A DNA stretch of 63,987 bases, counting the filler, from Polymyxa betae A26-41 (taxonomy: Eukaryota; Protista; Endomyxa: Phytomyxea), in the NCBI GenBank assembly GCA_003693705.1. It is 5 parts of 5 records of this genome, joined end to end, with 100 filler letters (N's around TTAATTAATTAA, not from the genome) between each part and the next. Parts side by side here need not be neighbours in the genome. Positions count along the whole stretch, not along the records: positions 47,688 to 52,066 come from RBZT01000938.1; positions 52,167 to 58,183 come from RBZT01000503.1; positions 58,284 to 63,987 come from RBZT01000557.1; 2 more parts are not named here. One strand, written 5' to 3'. The notes below the pieces were generated by a model that made no database searches, had not been told where the DNA came from, and worked only from the letters and a program-made list of their open reading frames with translations. Numbering within the stretch: the stretch's first letter is position 1; every line of letters starts with the position of its first letter. Made by a program: the position numbers and the translations under genes. Of the stretch, positions 49,608 through 61,731 are shown piece by piece.

Positions 49608-50680
49608 TTATTGACTCAAGAAGAGCATGTAGAGTTGATTCCACCTAATTGAATCCAAAGCGTTCTGCTTCTCATAGTCCAGAATCATATTGTGAAGAAT
49701 AACACATGTCTTCATGACTGAATACATGCCATCACGACACCACAGCATACAAGGAGTCGTCAAAATATGGAATCGCGCTTTCAGCATTCCGAATGCTCTC
49801 TCGATATCCTTCCGCTTGCCCTCCTGCATAGATGAAAATTTCTTCTCCTTTAAGGTTTTCGGACTGCTGATTGTTTTGACGAAGCTAACAATCGGCGATC
49901 GGCCATTAATAACATCGTGCAGAAGAGTTGACCGATCCAGGACGTTGATGTCGTTCATCGAGCCTGGCATTCCAAAAAGGAGGTGCCAAAACCGGCAAGA
50001 ACGGTCAGCGACCGCCTCTAATACCACTGTTGACGTCCCTTCTTTGCCTGTGAACATTCCCGCCCAAGCAGAAGGGCAGTTTTTCCAGGTCCAATGCATG
50101 CAGTCGATGGAACCAATGCATCCAGGCAATCCTTGTCCATAGCTTTGATCTAGTAGTTTGTTTAGGTCTTGGATAGTTGGTTTACGAAGAGCATGATAGA
50201 TTGCCTCAATTGCAGCACAGAAGCGCATCATGGATTGTCGGGTCGTGATGACTTTGGACATTCGAAATTTATCATCTTGCTGTTCTGCCGAAACACCTGA
50301 AGCTAATATACGAACGACATTGCTAATCTTTTGGCGTGCACTGAGGCCTAATCTTTTACAGGCGTCCCGTTTCTGGATAAAATAATTGTCGTACTCCTGC
50401 ACTTTTTCAACGATCATGTCAAACAGGCCAATCGGAAGGCGAAACCGAGCTTTAAAATCTTCGGCATCATATATAAACTGGATTAGGACCCCAGTAATCC
50501 TCATGAAGAAGCTTATCGTAAAGGACCCGGCGACGATCTTTGGGTATTGCTTGCCTCTTCTTTGCTGGACGGATCATCCATAAGCTAGTTCCTGCATGAT
50601 CATCTCGAGATCGCTACAATTCTCGCTGTCAGATACATAATGATCAGGACGAAATTTCTCCCAGAATGCATTTAAATCCA
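49608..50680 (-). pseudogene. Pong/PIF transposase, internally deleted and C-terminally truncated
   Basis: FKARFRL, GLPGCIGSIDCMHW, RKDIERAFGML, CVILHNMI; lacks the LADG segment. Confidence 0.9.
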
Positions 50681-50787
50681 TGCTATCGTTCGATCGTCAG
50701 ATTTAACGATTTGCCGATTTTTGAATACCGGTGCGAAACCCGCGCGAAATCGTTAAGCGTAGTTTATTGATTTAATTATTAAAAATA

Positions 50788-51452
50788 CGCGTAATTCACA
50801 AAATACCCCAAATTTGAATCTTTATTCACGAAATACCCCAAATCCGCAGTTTTAAAAATTGCAGTGGCGCACTTTCGACTGGGCGCACGATTCTCAAATA
50901 CGATATAGATTTCGATTAATGCTTGAGACTTGGCAGAGCACACCAAGGAATCTTTACAGAATGGATGGTGAATGTTGCAGATTGGGAGCTTTCGCCTTAA
51001 CAGAGCCGTCTCTCCGCCTAACCCGGAATTAACATACGCCCGGAAGTTTACGTTCTTGAACAGATAAACTGATTACTGAACGACAAAAAGCTATATATTT
51101 TGGTCTGTTCACTTTTGTGGACGATTGCAGTTCATCCTAACGCATATCAATCGTAACTTCTGTCGGAAAGCTGTAATGCTCCCGAAGGGCGACTGCAGCT
51201 CTTGGAAAGGCTCACAGCTCGTGACAACTTCAAATGAAGCCATTACGTCTCTAAAAGACAAAGATACGCTAAATAATCGAAAATCGTGCGCCTACTCGAA
51301 AGTGCGCCACTGTAATTTTTAAAACTGCGGATTTGGGGTATTTCGTGAATAAAGATTCAAATTTGGGGTATTTTGTGAATTACGCGTTTTAAAAATGCGG
51401 TTTTGGGGTATTTCGCGAATAAAGATTCAGATTTGGGGTATTTTGTTACGCG
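50788..51452. mobile_element. Mutator-type MITE with long TIRs and a duplicated right end
   Basis: 9-bp TSD TTAAAAATA at 50779-50787 and 51453-51461; about 105-bp inverted repeat 50788-50892 vs 51282-51386. Confidence 0.88.
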
Positions 51453-51498
51453 TTAAAAATAACGATAACGATAATTGCGCCCGGTAAACATGCTCTAA

Positions 51499-52000
51499 AG
51501 CTAGCTCAGCATCAATTAATGCTTCTTCCTGTTTGATTTTGAGAAAACGCTGGGCTTCCTCAGAATCAGCTATACATCCAGCTTGGTTCACTATGAGTAA
51601 CTCGTATTCCACCATTTCACGTCCAGAAGCAGAAACTCGGGAATCTTGGATCCAGACTGCGCTCCTAAACGTTCGACGGTTTGTATTTGAAATGAAATGC
51701 GATGCGCTTACATCCACAGACAAGAAACCTTGATGCGTTGATACTGTCTTCCTAACACATATGTTTGCAAAACGCGACCAGAAACTATCCACGTGGGCGC
51801 AATCAATGTTTGATCGAAACGCTGAAGGCGAACTCAACAGTATATTTTCACCGATGTCGATGGATTCAACAAAATAATTGGGACGCCAAAGAATTGATTG
51901 AAGACAATGTTGGAACCCGATAATGTTAAAGATGTCATGGAGTCAGAAATTTTCACAGTTCAATGCTGAGCCAAGAATCTGCGACGCTGTGAACAAAATC
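51499..52000 (-). pseudogene. Probable convergent partner ORF of the Harbinger transposase at 43630-44845
   Basis: Abuts the right TAA of the 44880-51495 insertion; EEAQRFLKIKQEE coiled-coil C-terminus. Confidence 0.4.
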
Positions 52001-52166
52001 ATTTACCTTTTATTACGTTATTTCTTTTATATACCGATGGCGTTATTGTTAAGTTAGTTGGTTCCCNNNNNNNNNNNNNNNNNNNNNNNNNNNNNNNNNN
52101 NNNNNNNNNNTTAATTAATTAANNNNNNNNNNNNNNNNNNNNNNNNNNNNNNNNNNNNNNNNNNNN

Positions 52167-55100
52167 TGTCCGTCAGAGAAGGGAACTTCGACATAGCGTG
52201 TAATAGAGGTATTGGTGTGGACTTCATACATCCAGTGTAAGGCTGGATCCTTGAGGGATGCCGTTCTTTTGCTCTAGGATTTGAGATAGGGCGTTTTTAT
52301 GTGCTATTGTGAAAGTTCTTTCGCATAACGAGTCATAAATTATCAATATTAGTTGAGGTGGGATGCCTAGTTTTATCATTTTTTTGACTGATATGTGTTT
52401 AGGAACTCTGTCATAGGCTTTTGTGAAATCGTAAAATATGCATCCGAATTGTTCATTTTTGGCCGCGCTTGTACCGCAGTAGTGTATTAGGCGTATGAGT
52501 GCGTGTGAGTGTTGAGTGACCTGTACGGCACCCGAACTGGCTTCGTGGCAGTTTATTGTTGATTAGGTCTCGGATTCGAGTTTGTATTATGAACTCGGTG
52601 AGTTTTGATACATTCGAAAGCAGGCTGATCGGGCGATATTCTCCCGGTTTTGGCTTGGGGAGTGCGACGATCCGAGCGGATTTGAGCTCGTTCTGGTAGG
52701 TCCCGATTTTAAGAATCTGGTTGTTGATGGCAGTGCAGAGCAGTTGCAGGAGGTCTTTATTTTTGCATACTATCTTAAGTGATTTGTTGGAGATCCTATC
52801 CGGGCCAGGTGCAGACCGATTATTTGCGGCTTTAAGGGCTTGGAATAGTTCACGTTCACTTATTGGTGACAGGTTCTCGTTTTTTGAACGCTCTTGCAGG
52901 TTGATAATATTTTGCTGCAGCTCCTGTATTTCCCGGTCGTCCGGAAGAACATCGTTTTGGTCGAAGATGGATTCGAATTGGTCAGCGATGTGCTCTGCAG
53001 TCTCTTGGGCTTCACCTTGTTCCTGTGGAGTTTGTTGTGCTTTTTTGTTGAGTGAAGGTTCAATCTGTTTTATAAGTTTAAATATTTGTGCTCCCGTCTC
53101 GTCTTCGCATGCGGTGGCGATGATGTTCTGCCTTCGTGCTTTGGAGAAAGCTTTTGCGAACAGTTTGCGTTTTTCTTTGTATTTAATAACTCGCTCCGAT
53201 AGCTGCTGACTTCTTTTTCTAGCTCTTATAATTTCAGTGCGGCTCGATTACGAGCTCGTCTTGCCTGAGACAATTCTTCTGTCCAGAATCCTATTGGTCT
53301 GTGTTTCATTTTTTTAAAAGTGATCGTCTGGCTAAGTAGTTCTTTTATTTGTCTTAGGTCGACGGCATCTCTATCGATTTCGGCCATGCTCAATGTCAGT
53401 TTTTTAAAAGTCTCTTTGCAGTCCAAAACTGCGTATATCTCGTTACGGTAATCGCGTTTAGGGAAGTTGCGACTGTTGGACTCGATTTTGAGTTTGCATA
53501 TAGTAGGGAAGTGATCGCTGTCTAGCTTACGCAGTACTTTCCATTCGATGACGCTGTGTTTCGCTTTTTTGCTGCCTAATGTAACGTCGAGCATGTTGTC
53601 ATCTCTAGTTTTGCTTTTGGGGTCACTGATTACTCGTAAAGGACCTTCTGGATATAGTATTGCATCTAGATGTTGGAATGTGTGGGGATGGTTAATGCCG
53701 AACCGAGAATCTAGTGTATTGAGGTCACCTGTAATGATGAGCTTCTTTTTGAATCTTTTGTGTAGAATTAGCTCATAGATTGTGTCCCAGAAACTTGTTC
53801 TGTCTTCTATATTAGTGTCAGGGGGTATATATGCGTGGATTAATGTGATATCGTCTTCGATTTCTATGCATTGAACCTGAATTCTGGAAGTGGTTTGCAG
53901 TCCAAGTTCTTTAGTGATTATCTTGACTGAAATCCCGTTGCGCCAAAAAATGGCGCTTTGTGTGTCTCGAGGTGTATGATCAAAGTGTTGGAAACCGGTT
54001 ATTTGTCTCCTGGAGCCCAGCTCCGATACGCAGATTATGTCGATTTGTTTTTTCTTGCAGAGGTGTGACAGCTCTGTTGCCTCGCCCAAGTTCAAGGATC
54101 GCGCGTTCCACTGTAAGATAGTTAGCGTTTCGTTTTGCGACGTTAAAACTGCGGGGGTGGGTGCCGTGTTTTGAACAGATCATGTACTGAAATAATTTGT
54201 AATTAGTGTCTGTGACCTTTGACTGTTTGGTGTGTTTCCGGGCGGGGGCAGTCGGTAAATGCAGTTCCTCGCTTCATCGAGTCTGTCATCTTGCCAGATA
54301 GATTGCTTCTGGTGTGGTCTGTCACTTCGGTTACTGATCAGAGTTCGGCTACTATTTGTAAGAGTTTGTATGGTAATGATTTTATTGTTGTTTGACTCAA
54401 TAATCCAACTGTTTATTGTGGATTGTTTAGTTGGCTGGTGCTCCGCGTAAATGGCATTCTGGGGCCAAATGCCCTTCCAAGTTGCAGGTGATACAGTGTG
54501 AAAAATTGTTGGGGTCTTCAGTGCAGGCTTGGGTCTTGTGAGATTCCCCACATATCCCGCAGCGCACTTTTCCGCATCGATGCCTTTGCTCACAATCGAT
54601 GGTGTGGCATTGTTTGCATACTCGCCCCGGGTTGGTCTTTGGTGCTGCAGCGGCGTAGACGTTGTCGCCGACTGTGACCCATTTCCGGGCAATGACGGCC
54701 TGTGCTTCGGCAGGGTAGTTGTAGACGACTTTGACGGTGTTGGGTTGCTTGAGCTTGATGAGCTCAACAGGTTTTTCCGGATCTCGGAAGAACTTGAGGA
54801 ATTGTTTGTTGATTTGTGCTTCAGGGACGCGGAAAATGACGACCTGTCGGTCTTCGTCTGATTTGGCATCATAATGGGGGTAAACGCTATCTGGTCTGTC
54901 GAGGGTTTTGGCTGCTTCGGCCAATTGTCGAAATTGCCCTGAGGTTTGTCATTAGTAGATGTAAATTTTTCGTGTGTAATGTTACCTGGCGCGAGGCCTC
55001 TCAAGATAATGCGTCCACTTTCATGATAACTCATTTGGTGGAGGTTGTATTTCTTCAGGAAGGTGGCGTGTTCTTGATAGAATTTCAGGTGCTCTATGGG

Positions 55101-55400
55101 GTCGGGCACTGTCTCATCGTCCTTTTTGGTGTCGATTACAGCTGAGTGTGGTAGTTGCTGGTGTCGTGGAGGATCTTTTTCGGGGTGCTCGTTGTGTCTA
55201 GGGTGTCAAGTGAGATGTATTCAGTGTGTGGTCGTTTACGATTTGTAATCGCAGGGTTGGGATTCGTCACTGGTCTCTGCCGGTTATTAGGAGCAGTGGG
55301 TTGCCGTCGCGGGGTCTGCTGCCGCTGTGAACGCTGACGCTTGTCGCTGTTGGCGTTGTCTATGTCATGAATCTGCGCTACTTTCTACATTTTCTGCGCT
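52167..55400 (-). mobile_element. APE-type non-LTR retrotransposon (LINE): ORF1 zinc knuckles, ORF2 endonuclease + RT, truncated by a gap
   Basis: CGICGESH..C, CITCNLEGH; ILQWNARSL, GDLN, LDVTL, SDHFP; APGPD, YRPISLLS, DFTKAYD, GIPQGS. Confidence 0.93.
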
Positions 55401-55412
55401 TAGTTAGGAAAC

Positions 55413-55655
55413 TGTGTAGCCTTTCAGAGTTCTTTTCAGAGATTAATATATTTCTGTCTTTATGATATATCGTAAACAAACAGGTGAACGTTCGTCGAGC
55501 ATCCAGCGCCAGTCATTAGAATACGTCCAAAATCAGGCTTATATAATTCCATACACTACTTCTCCCAAGACAAATTTATGCTGTGAAAGTAGGAAATTTG
55601 TGAGATTGCACATGTAGAAGCACCAGTAAAACCGCCCCCGTCAAACCCTGTGGGA
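55413..55655 (-). mobile_element. Gypsy 3' UTR, PPT and 3' LTR (55413-55555) related to element A; continues at 57920-57945
   Basis: TTGTCTTGGGAGAAAGTAG-TGTATGGAATTAT matches 28729-28760. Confidence 0.75.
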
Positions 55656-55781
55656 TAAGAGCCTGTTCCAAGTGAAAAAATGCGGAAAATAAATGAGCAA
55701 CCCTCCAATCAGATTTGCGCTCTATTTTTAGCATCGCATTTATTGGAAATGAGCTCTGCAACCTGATTTTCAATAAATGTG

Positions 55782-56963
55782 ATGACAATCCCTGGAAACA
55801 TCGCAGTGGTCGGCGCCGTCCAGGCTAGCGCCATCGCTGTCTGTGGGGCTGTAATGGCTCTAGGGTCGATGAGGCGTCCTTCAGATGGTCGTAGCAATCC
55901 TACACCTCGATCAAGAAGATTCAGCATACGTCATAGTCAGTTCCGAATTGCAGATGCCGACTCAATTTACGATGACGGCTGGTTCCGCGATAGTTTTCGT
56001 TGTACCAAACCATCTTTCGACCGTATTGTTGAGCTTATTGAGCAACATTGGCTGCAAATAAACGAGCCTCTAAATGTCAACACAGTTTTCTGGGTTCGCG
56101 ATAGAGTAGCAGTCACGCTATGCTACCTGATGCATTCTGGATCGCTTAGCGACGCAGCTAAACTGTGTGGAATGGGGAAGTCCTCCGCTAACAGATTTAT
56201 TTGGCAGGTCGTCAATGTCATCATTCACTGCCTGGGTCCCCAAGTCATAAAAATGCCTGAAACGGAACAGGAATGGCTACAATTTGCGGAAGGTTTCGAG
56301 CAGATAGCTGGATTCCCAGGGTGCTGCTTCGCAGTTGATGGGTGCCTAATTGCTATAGAAAGGCCATATGAATACGAAGGATGGTATTGTCGCAAGGGCT
56401 TTCCTGCGATTAACGCCCTCGTAGTAGTTGACCACCGCGCTCGAACTCTTAGCTATGATCTCCGACCAGGATCGGCGAACGATAAGGCAATTTGGAATTA
56501 TTCCAAATTCGGATCCGAAATCGGCTCAGTTTTGCCAAAGAGACTTCATGGCCTTGGAGACGCCGGGTTCAAATTGTCAGAATGATTGCTGATTCCTTAT
56601 CCCATTCGAGATAATATGCCTGCTGACGAATCACATTATAACTACCTGCATTCCAAGACCAGAATTACTGTGAAACGAGCGTTTGGCATGATCAAGAATC
56701 GCTTCCGCATCTTCCAAACCAAACTCAGCCAGAAAGTGCACTTCGATACAGGCGAATCTGCAGCATTGCAGATGGCCAAAATAATAGAGGCGTGCTTCAT
56801 CTTGCATAACATTCTGATTGATCTTCGGGACCAACAGAACGATGATGACAATGTCTGCAGCTTTATTCCAGAGCTGGATACAGGGTTTCCCAGCATAATG
56901 CAGGAGCACGCAGGGAAACGAAAACGAGATCGGTTCAAAACGTATCTTTATTCCAATCACTGA
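55782..56963 (+). pseudogene. HARBI1-like transposase with a single in-frame TGA at 56583-56585
   Basis: GFPGCCFAVDG, RKGFPAIN, PGSAND, LGDAGF, TRITVKRAFG (catalytic E appears as K), CFILHN. Confidence 0.92.
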
Positions 56964-56965
56964 TT

Positions 56966-57754
56966 TTACTGTTTGCTTGTTAAACTCTGCACTAAGGAAC
57001 GAAGTAGATTATTCGTTTCTTCCGTCTGTACAGCCTGCCGCTCCAGCAAGGCTCCGATGCTGTCCAGCTTACTCGGTTCTACCTCTTTTGGAGCCGCCAA
57101 AGCTGAGGCAAGCATTTGGCCCATGCCAAGCAAGCTCTCCTTGATCTCCTTGCCAATCGAGACGTCAGGCTCGCTCACAGCACGCTTGGGTCTCCGAGGG
57201 GTCACCACTGTTTGTACAGATGGCGCCTTTTGGGCAAAGCCTGCGACTTCCAAGACCCCATTATTAGTAAGTGATCCAGAGTCTTCAGCCTTGCCAACTT
57301 GAGGCGCTACACTGTTGAGACAATCGTGGGCCGAACCCTTATTACCGCCGAAATGAGATACCAGTGAGTCCCAGTATTCCGGGTTCCTGGGAAGTTTTAC
57401 GTTTCCAGTTGATTTTTCGTCGATATTCGTCAGCTGTCGATAGGCCCGCTGCACATCCTGGTACTTCCGCTTAACTTTGTCTAGAGATATGTCCATATTG
57501 AAGGTATTATTGACATCACTTGTGATTCGATTCCATCCTTTCGCAATCGTATTTTTGTTTTTCGAATCCACGAAGAAAGTTCGATGAAATTCCTTCAAAT
57601 CCAGCATCATTTCAACCATTTCCGTTGACCATTGTACATCCGGAGCGCTGTCTTCAGTCTTCGCAGGCCTGTATCGCTTCTTAGTAGCAGGAACGCTTGC
57701 TGACGTCGCAACGTCGACCGTTGGGGAAACTTCAGGGACATCGGGAGACGACAT
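56966..57754 (-). CDS. Harbinger Myb/SANT-like DNA-binding protein, 262 aa
   Basis: WSTEMVEMMLDL..KGWNRI..KVKRKY..TGN..PEYW. Confidence 0.85.
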   Translation of the reverse strand: MSSPDVPEVSPTVDVATSASVPATKKRYRPAKTEDSAPDVQWSTEMVEMMLDLKEFHRTFFVDSKNKNTIAKGWNRITSDVNNTFNMDISLDKVKRKYQDVQRAYRQLTNIDEKSTGNVKLPRNPEYWDSLVSHFGGNKGSAHDCLNSVAPQVGKAEDSGSLTNNGVLEVAGFAQKAPSVQTVVTPRRPKRAVSEPDVSIGKEIKESLLGMGQMLASALAAPKEVEPSKLDSIGALLERQAVQTEETNNLLRSLVQSLTSKQ

Positions 57755-57943
57755 TGTTAGAGACTACACACAACGCAGTTCGCAGGACTCACGATCTCAT
57801 TTATTACTTCATTTAATATACAGTCATTTTCAGCATTTTTCGGATGTCATACCTGGACCGCCTTTTTTTCAATTACCGCATTTTTTTATCGCATTTTTTT
57901 CACTTGGAACAGGCTCTAAATACTGGTTTGGAAAAAAGGTCTA

Positions 57944-58183
57944 CCGTATGCTCCCTTATAATTAATTCTCTTATAATTAATTCTCTCTTATAACTGAAAG
58001 AGATCCGGTCCACCGACATCGGTAGTACGACTTATAATTAATACTCTCTAATATTTCATAATTAATACCCGAAATGGCTGTATTAATTATAAGAGAGTTA
58101 CATAAAAATCATTAAATTTTCATTTCCATTCTAACGCTCCTAGGTTATCAGTGATCAGTTCAAAAGTACGCGCGAATATCGCT
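57944..58183. mobile_element. Probable Tc1/mariner-pogo-type end with TTATAATTAAT subterminal repeats
   Basis: TA-CCGTA start, repeated TTATAATTAAT; runs into a gap. Confidence 0.45.
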
Positions 58184-59091
58184 NNNNNNNNNNNNNNNNN
58201 NNNNNNNNNNNNNNNNNNNNNNNNNNNTTAATTAATTAANNNNNNNNNNNNNNNNNNNNNNNNNNNNNNNNNNNNNNNNNNNNCACGCCAGTGAATTTTT
58301 ACACTACTGAAATTTAATTTGTTGATTTGAAATATAAAACGACTGCAACAGTTATTCTAGATTTTTGAGAATAATTTGGCAAATATTTGTATGAAAGAGA
58401 TGACAGCGTCCAAAGAGAGAAAAATACAGCGCTCCTTCTTAAGCCGCTTTCCGAATTCTCTGGTCAGCCGCTGCATCACACCAGCTTCGACCTTTTCACC
58501 AAGAAAAGCAATGTAGCTTCTGCACCAATCCACGATCGCGTCCTTGTATTGAAACGGACGCAACATCAGCTCCAACACAGCATCGTCGGCAAGGATTAGC
58601 ACGAGGTCGGCAAGAGCGACGCCTCGATATCGGAAAACGGATCGTTGATTTTTGATTATATCAGTGGTTTATTTTTTTTATTAATTTGGGATTGGTTTAT
58701 TGGATTAATTTAGTGGGATGTGGTTTGAGACTAATTTTGGATTGGTCTGATATAAATGGGTGTTGGAACTGGAAAATATCGGTTTGGAAAAAATTAGCAA
58801 AAATGGTTCTCGGAATTGGGATTTTTGTATGACGGCGTGAAGTTTTTCCACACCCCGACTTTTTTTTTTGAAAAAAAGGCAGAATGGAGCGTGCGGTATT
58901 CGAAACCGCGACATGCTTGTAAAGCATGCGTGATGACCGACTACACTAACGCACCAGGTTCTCTAGATAGAATGCTGACATTCTAATGTTGCCGTTGACC
59001 ATAAAGTCCGTACGGAGTCCGCGGGTCAGCCAGACCGCCCTTGCTGGCTTCATTCTCGACCATTCTTCATTTTGATATACTCTCCTGCAAG

Positions 59092-60159
59092 ATGCCTATA
59101 TCGATGAGATTGCTAGTCGGTGCCTTGGCGTTCCTATTGCTTGGGCATGGAACCGTGGCCCGAATCGCCACGCAGGCCGACCTACCGGCGCCGCCGGCCA
59201 ATACCGAATTCACCATCACCACCGAGAACGATGCGGAGCCCAAGACCGTCGTTACATTGTGGACTCGGGATCCGGAATTCGACTCCATGAGCATCCTGAC
59301 GTTTCGCCTCGAGTATCGGCACGACCGGCCGGACGAGGTCCTGATCCGCGGTCTGCGGAAGGTTGTCGGGATGCAGCACGGACACCCAGGCTTTGACCAG
59401 GAGAAATCGCAGCGGTACTGTCCTCCGGCCGGACTCCTCATGGCGCTGATCGACGAGATCATCGCCCGGACGCGGGTCCGCACCGCATATCTGGAAGACT
59501 GGGCCCACCTGCCCTACAACAAGGCCGATGCGGCGTCCTGCGTGGTGAAGTCCGCGGTCCTGTTCAACGTCGTGATCGTGGACGACGATCTGGCGCCTAG
59601 GTCGTCGATTCCCCCGAACGGCAAGTCCGTACGCTTTCTGTACCGCAAGTTCGGGTTCGGCTATCTTCATGATCACGACGAAGCCAACGATGAACGAGCG
59701 ATTGCCGAGCTGAAACAGCTTACAACTGACGACGTCCTGGATGTTTTGAATGAGGGTTCCGAAACCGAGGTCTGTGTGTAGATTCTGTCGTCGTCGCCGT
59801 CGTCTTCTGAGCGCTGTTCACAGATCAAAGACGTCGACCAGCTCGAACGAGGCCGAAATTTCACCAAGGCCATGCAGGAGCTGTACCGGACGCGACCGGA
59901 GGTCGGCGAGAACATCATCCGGACCCTGTTGGACCACCGATGGGTGACAGCGAACAGCCGGCCCGGGAACCGGTTCGCCACGAATCTCCGCACACTGAAC
60001 TTGGAGCGAACCCTGGTGAAGCGTTATCGGGTCGAGTCGCGTCCTTCCTCAATCGAGCTGAATGTGAAAAGGCTCGTACTAAAATCGCCTCTCGTATATG
60101 TCACAATCGGGGTCATCATACTAAGGTTTGTCCTTTCAAACCTTCTGCATCTGCTGTAA
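59092..60159 (+). pseudogene. Putative secreted protein with GNAT-like motifs, interrupted by an in-frame TAG at 59779-59781
   Basis: Hydrophobic signal peptide MRLLVGALAFLLLGHGTVA; GC-rich codon usage; GLLMALIDEI..YLED and FLYRKFGF; frame stays open 125 codons after the TAG. Confidence 0.6.
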
Positions 60160-60269
60160 AACAATAATAAATCGTCGAAGTCTTCTGCCTATATTACGGG
60201 AGCGAAGGTAGCCAGTACATTCTCTGTAACAGAGTGTGATATAAAAATTGTACTGGTCTACTGGGAATT

Positions 60270-60780
60270 GGTCTGTGAGGGCAATTCTTGACAGCGGAGC
60301 TGATGCCGCTATCATTTCAGTAGTGTTTTATATAAAATGAGAGCACTTGTTGATCATTTGCAGATCAGATCGTTAGAGCTACCTTTAACTTGACGATTGC
60401 CAAAACTCGGAAATAATTAAGGTCCAACAGACAGTTGATATTGACATAAAATTAGAGACGAAAGCTGGAATGCTGAAATTATCCAACCAGAGATGTATTA
60501 TATGGGATCAATTAAGCAATGATGTCCTTTTGGAAAATTTACATTTTCACAACCTTGGGCATCGATCCTAAGCATGCATTGGATATTTGAATTGCTCATC
60601 ATGATGGACTGTAATGTCAATGATACTATTTCGGATAATCTTGACATCGGAGAAGACATTGTCTCAGATATCTTATCTTTGATTAGGAGCAAAGTGAAAG
60701 AGGCATTATCACATGGTCTTGATAGTAAATATGAAGATACATCACTGCAATTACTCATATCTCATAGAAATGTTAATCAT
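60270..60780 (+). pseudogene. Gypsy protease remnant (element A-like)
   Basis: ILDSGADAAII and DIDIKLETKAG similar to 18390-18640. Confidence 0.7.
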
Positions 60781-61731
60781 TGTTCCTTGAAAGGAACAGC
60801 AGGCGCGAGAACAACTGTTTGAAATCTTGCAGCCCAATTTGATAGACTCCGGCTCCTTTCTGTTTTACGGTTCCTATGAATGACCACCATTGATCCCAAA
60901 AGCCGTTTGTGTCGTCAGAACAGATCTCTGGAGTTTTATTCGGGAAGGAAGGGTCATCATATCGTGCCCGGACTATTCGCGATTGGTCAGATTAATGCGA
61001 GCGTTACGGTCATATAATTTTTGTTGAATACAAGCATTAAAATCTCCAGCCCAGTTATCTGAAACAGGCGGTGTGAACCGCATGATGTTCGTCATTGGTG
61101 TTGATGACTGTGTTTGTCCTTTCAAATTATGGCAGGTTTTAGGTATTGGGTGACGATAACAGCTGTCTTGTCAAAGGCTTCCTTGGCATCATGGACAGAG
61201 GGGCAATCCTGTTGGTATCCTAATCCATATGGCTCTCTCTATTAATCGCGAGTTGCAGGCTTGCTGGTGATATCGCCCTGAACATTGCTATATTCAGGAC
61301 AGGATTGGACCAGCTACTCGAGTGTTTGAATCATCAAGTTTCTTGTGTTCGATTTAATAAATATTTATTCGAGTTGCATCGTTTATTTATCGAACAAAAT
61401 TGTTAAAACATGCTGGAGTGAAAGGTGTTAAACGACCTAAATGGTACTACAGAGTATACATATCAAATTTCTACTGTGGTAAGTATTAATCGCCTCTGTG
61501 TTGAGCTGTCCCCTGTCTAGTCACGGCGGACGGAAGCGATAAATAACATCGACAGAAAACGACCAAGTTTGAGCACCCACCCACAATCACCAGTGAAAAA
61601 AATAGTGATAGAGATAACTGCGAGAAACAACTGCGTAGCGCTGCCAGTTCGTTGGTGGATTTTTAAATTTTAATTGCGTACCATAGCAGAGGATTAAGAC
61701 CGCCTGAACGGTTATTAGTTGCTGTCTATCG

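Larger units (their letters stand above)
44880..51495. mobile_element. Second Pong-like Harbinger element, expanded by nested LTR elements and a MITE
   Basis: Imperfect TIRs GAGCA..GCGCAATTA..TTATC with TAA on both sides; ORF1 fragment 45052-45363 (+), transposase 49608-50680 (-); spans a contig linker. Confidence 0.7.
55659..57916. mobile_element. Full-length PIF/Harbinger transposon
   Basis: TIR GAGCCTGTTCCAAGTGAAAAAA, TSD TAA at 55656-55658 and 57917-57919, two convergent ORFs. Confidence 0.96.

Noticed and set aside
54180-55109. 309-aa Ser/Pro-rich ORF as a separate gene
   Set aside because: Frameshifted alternative reading of LINE ORF1.
56583-56585. TGA reassigned to Trp or readthrough
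   Set aside because: TGG is used normally and TGA ends intact ORFs; point mutation is simpler.
60780-61350. Possible Harbinger transposase remnant (FYSGRKGHH)
   Set aside because: A single short motif in degraded sequence is not enough support.
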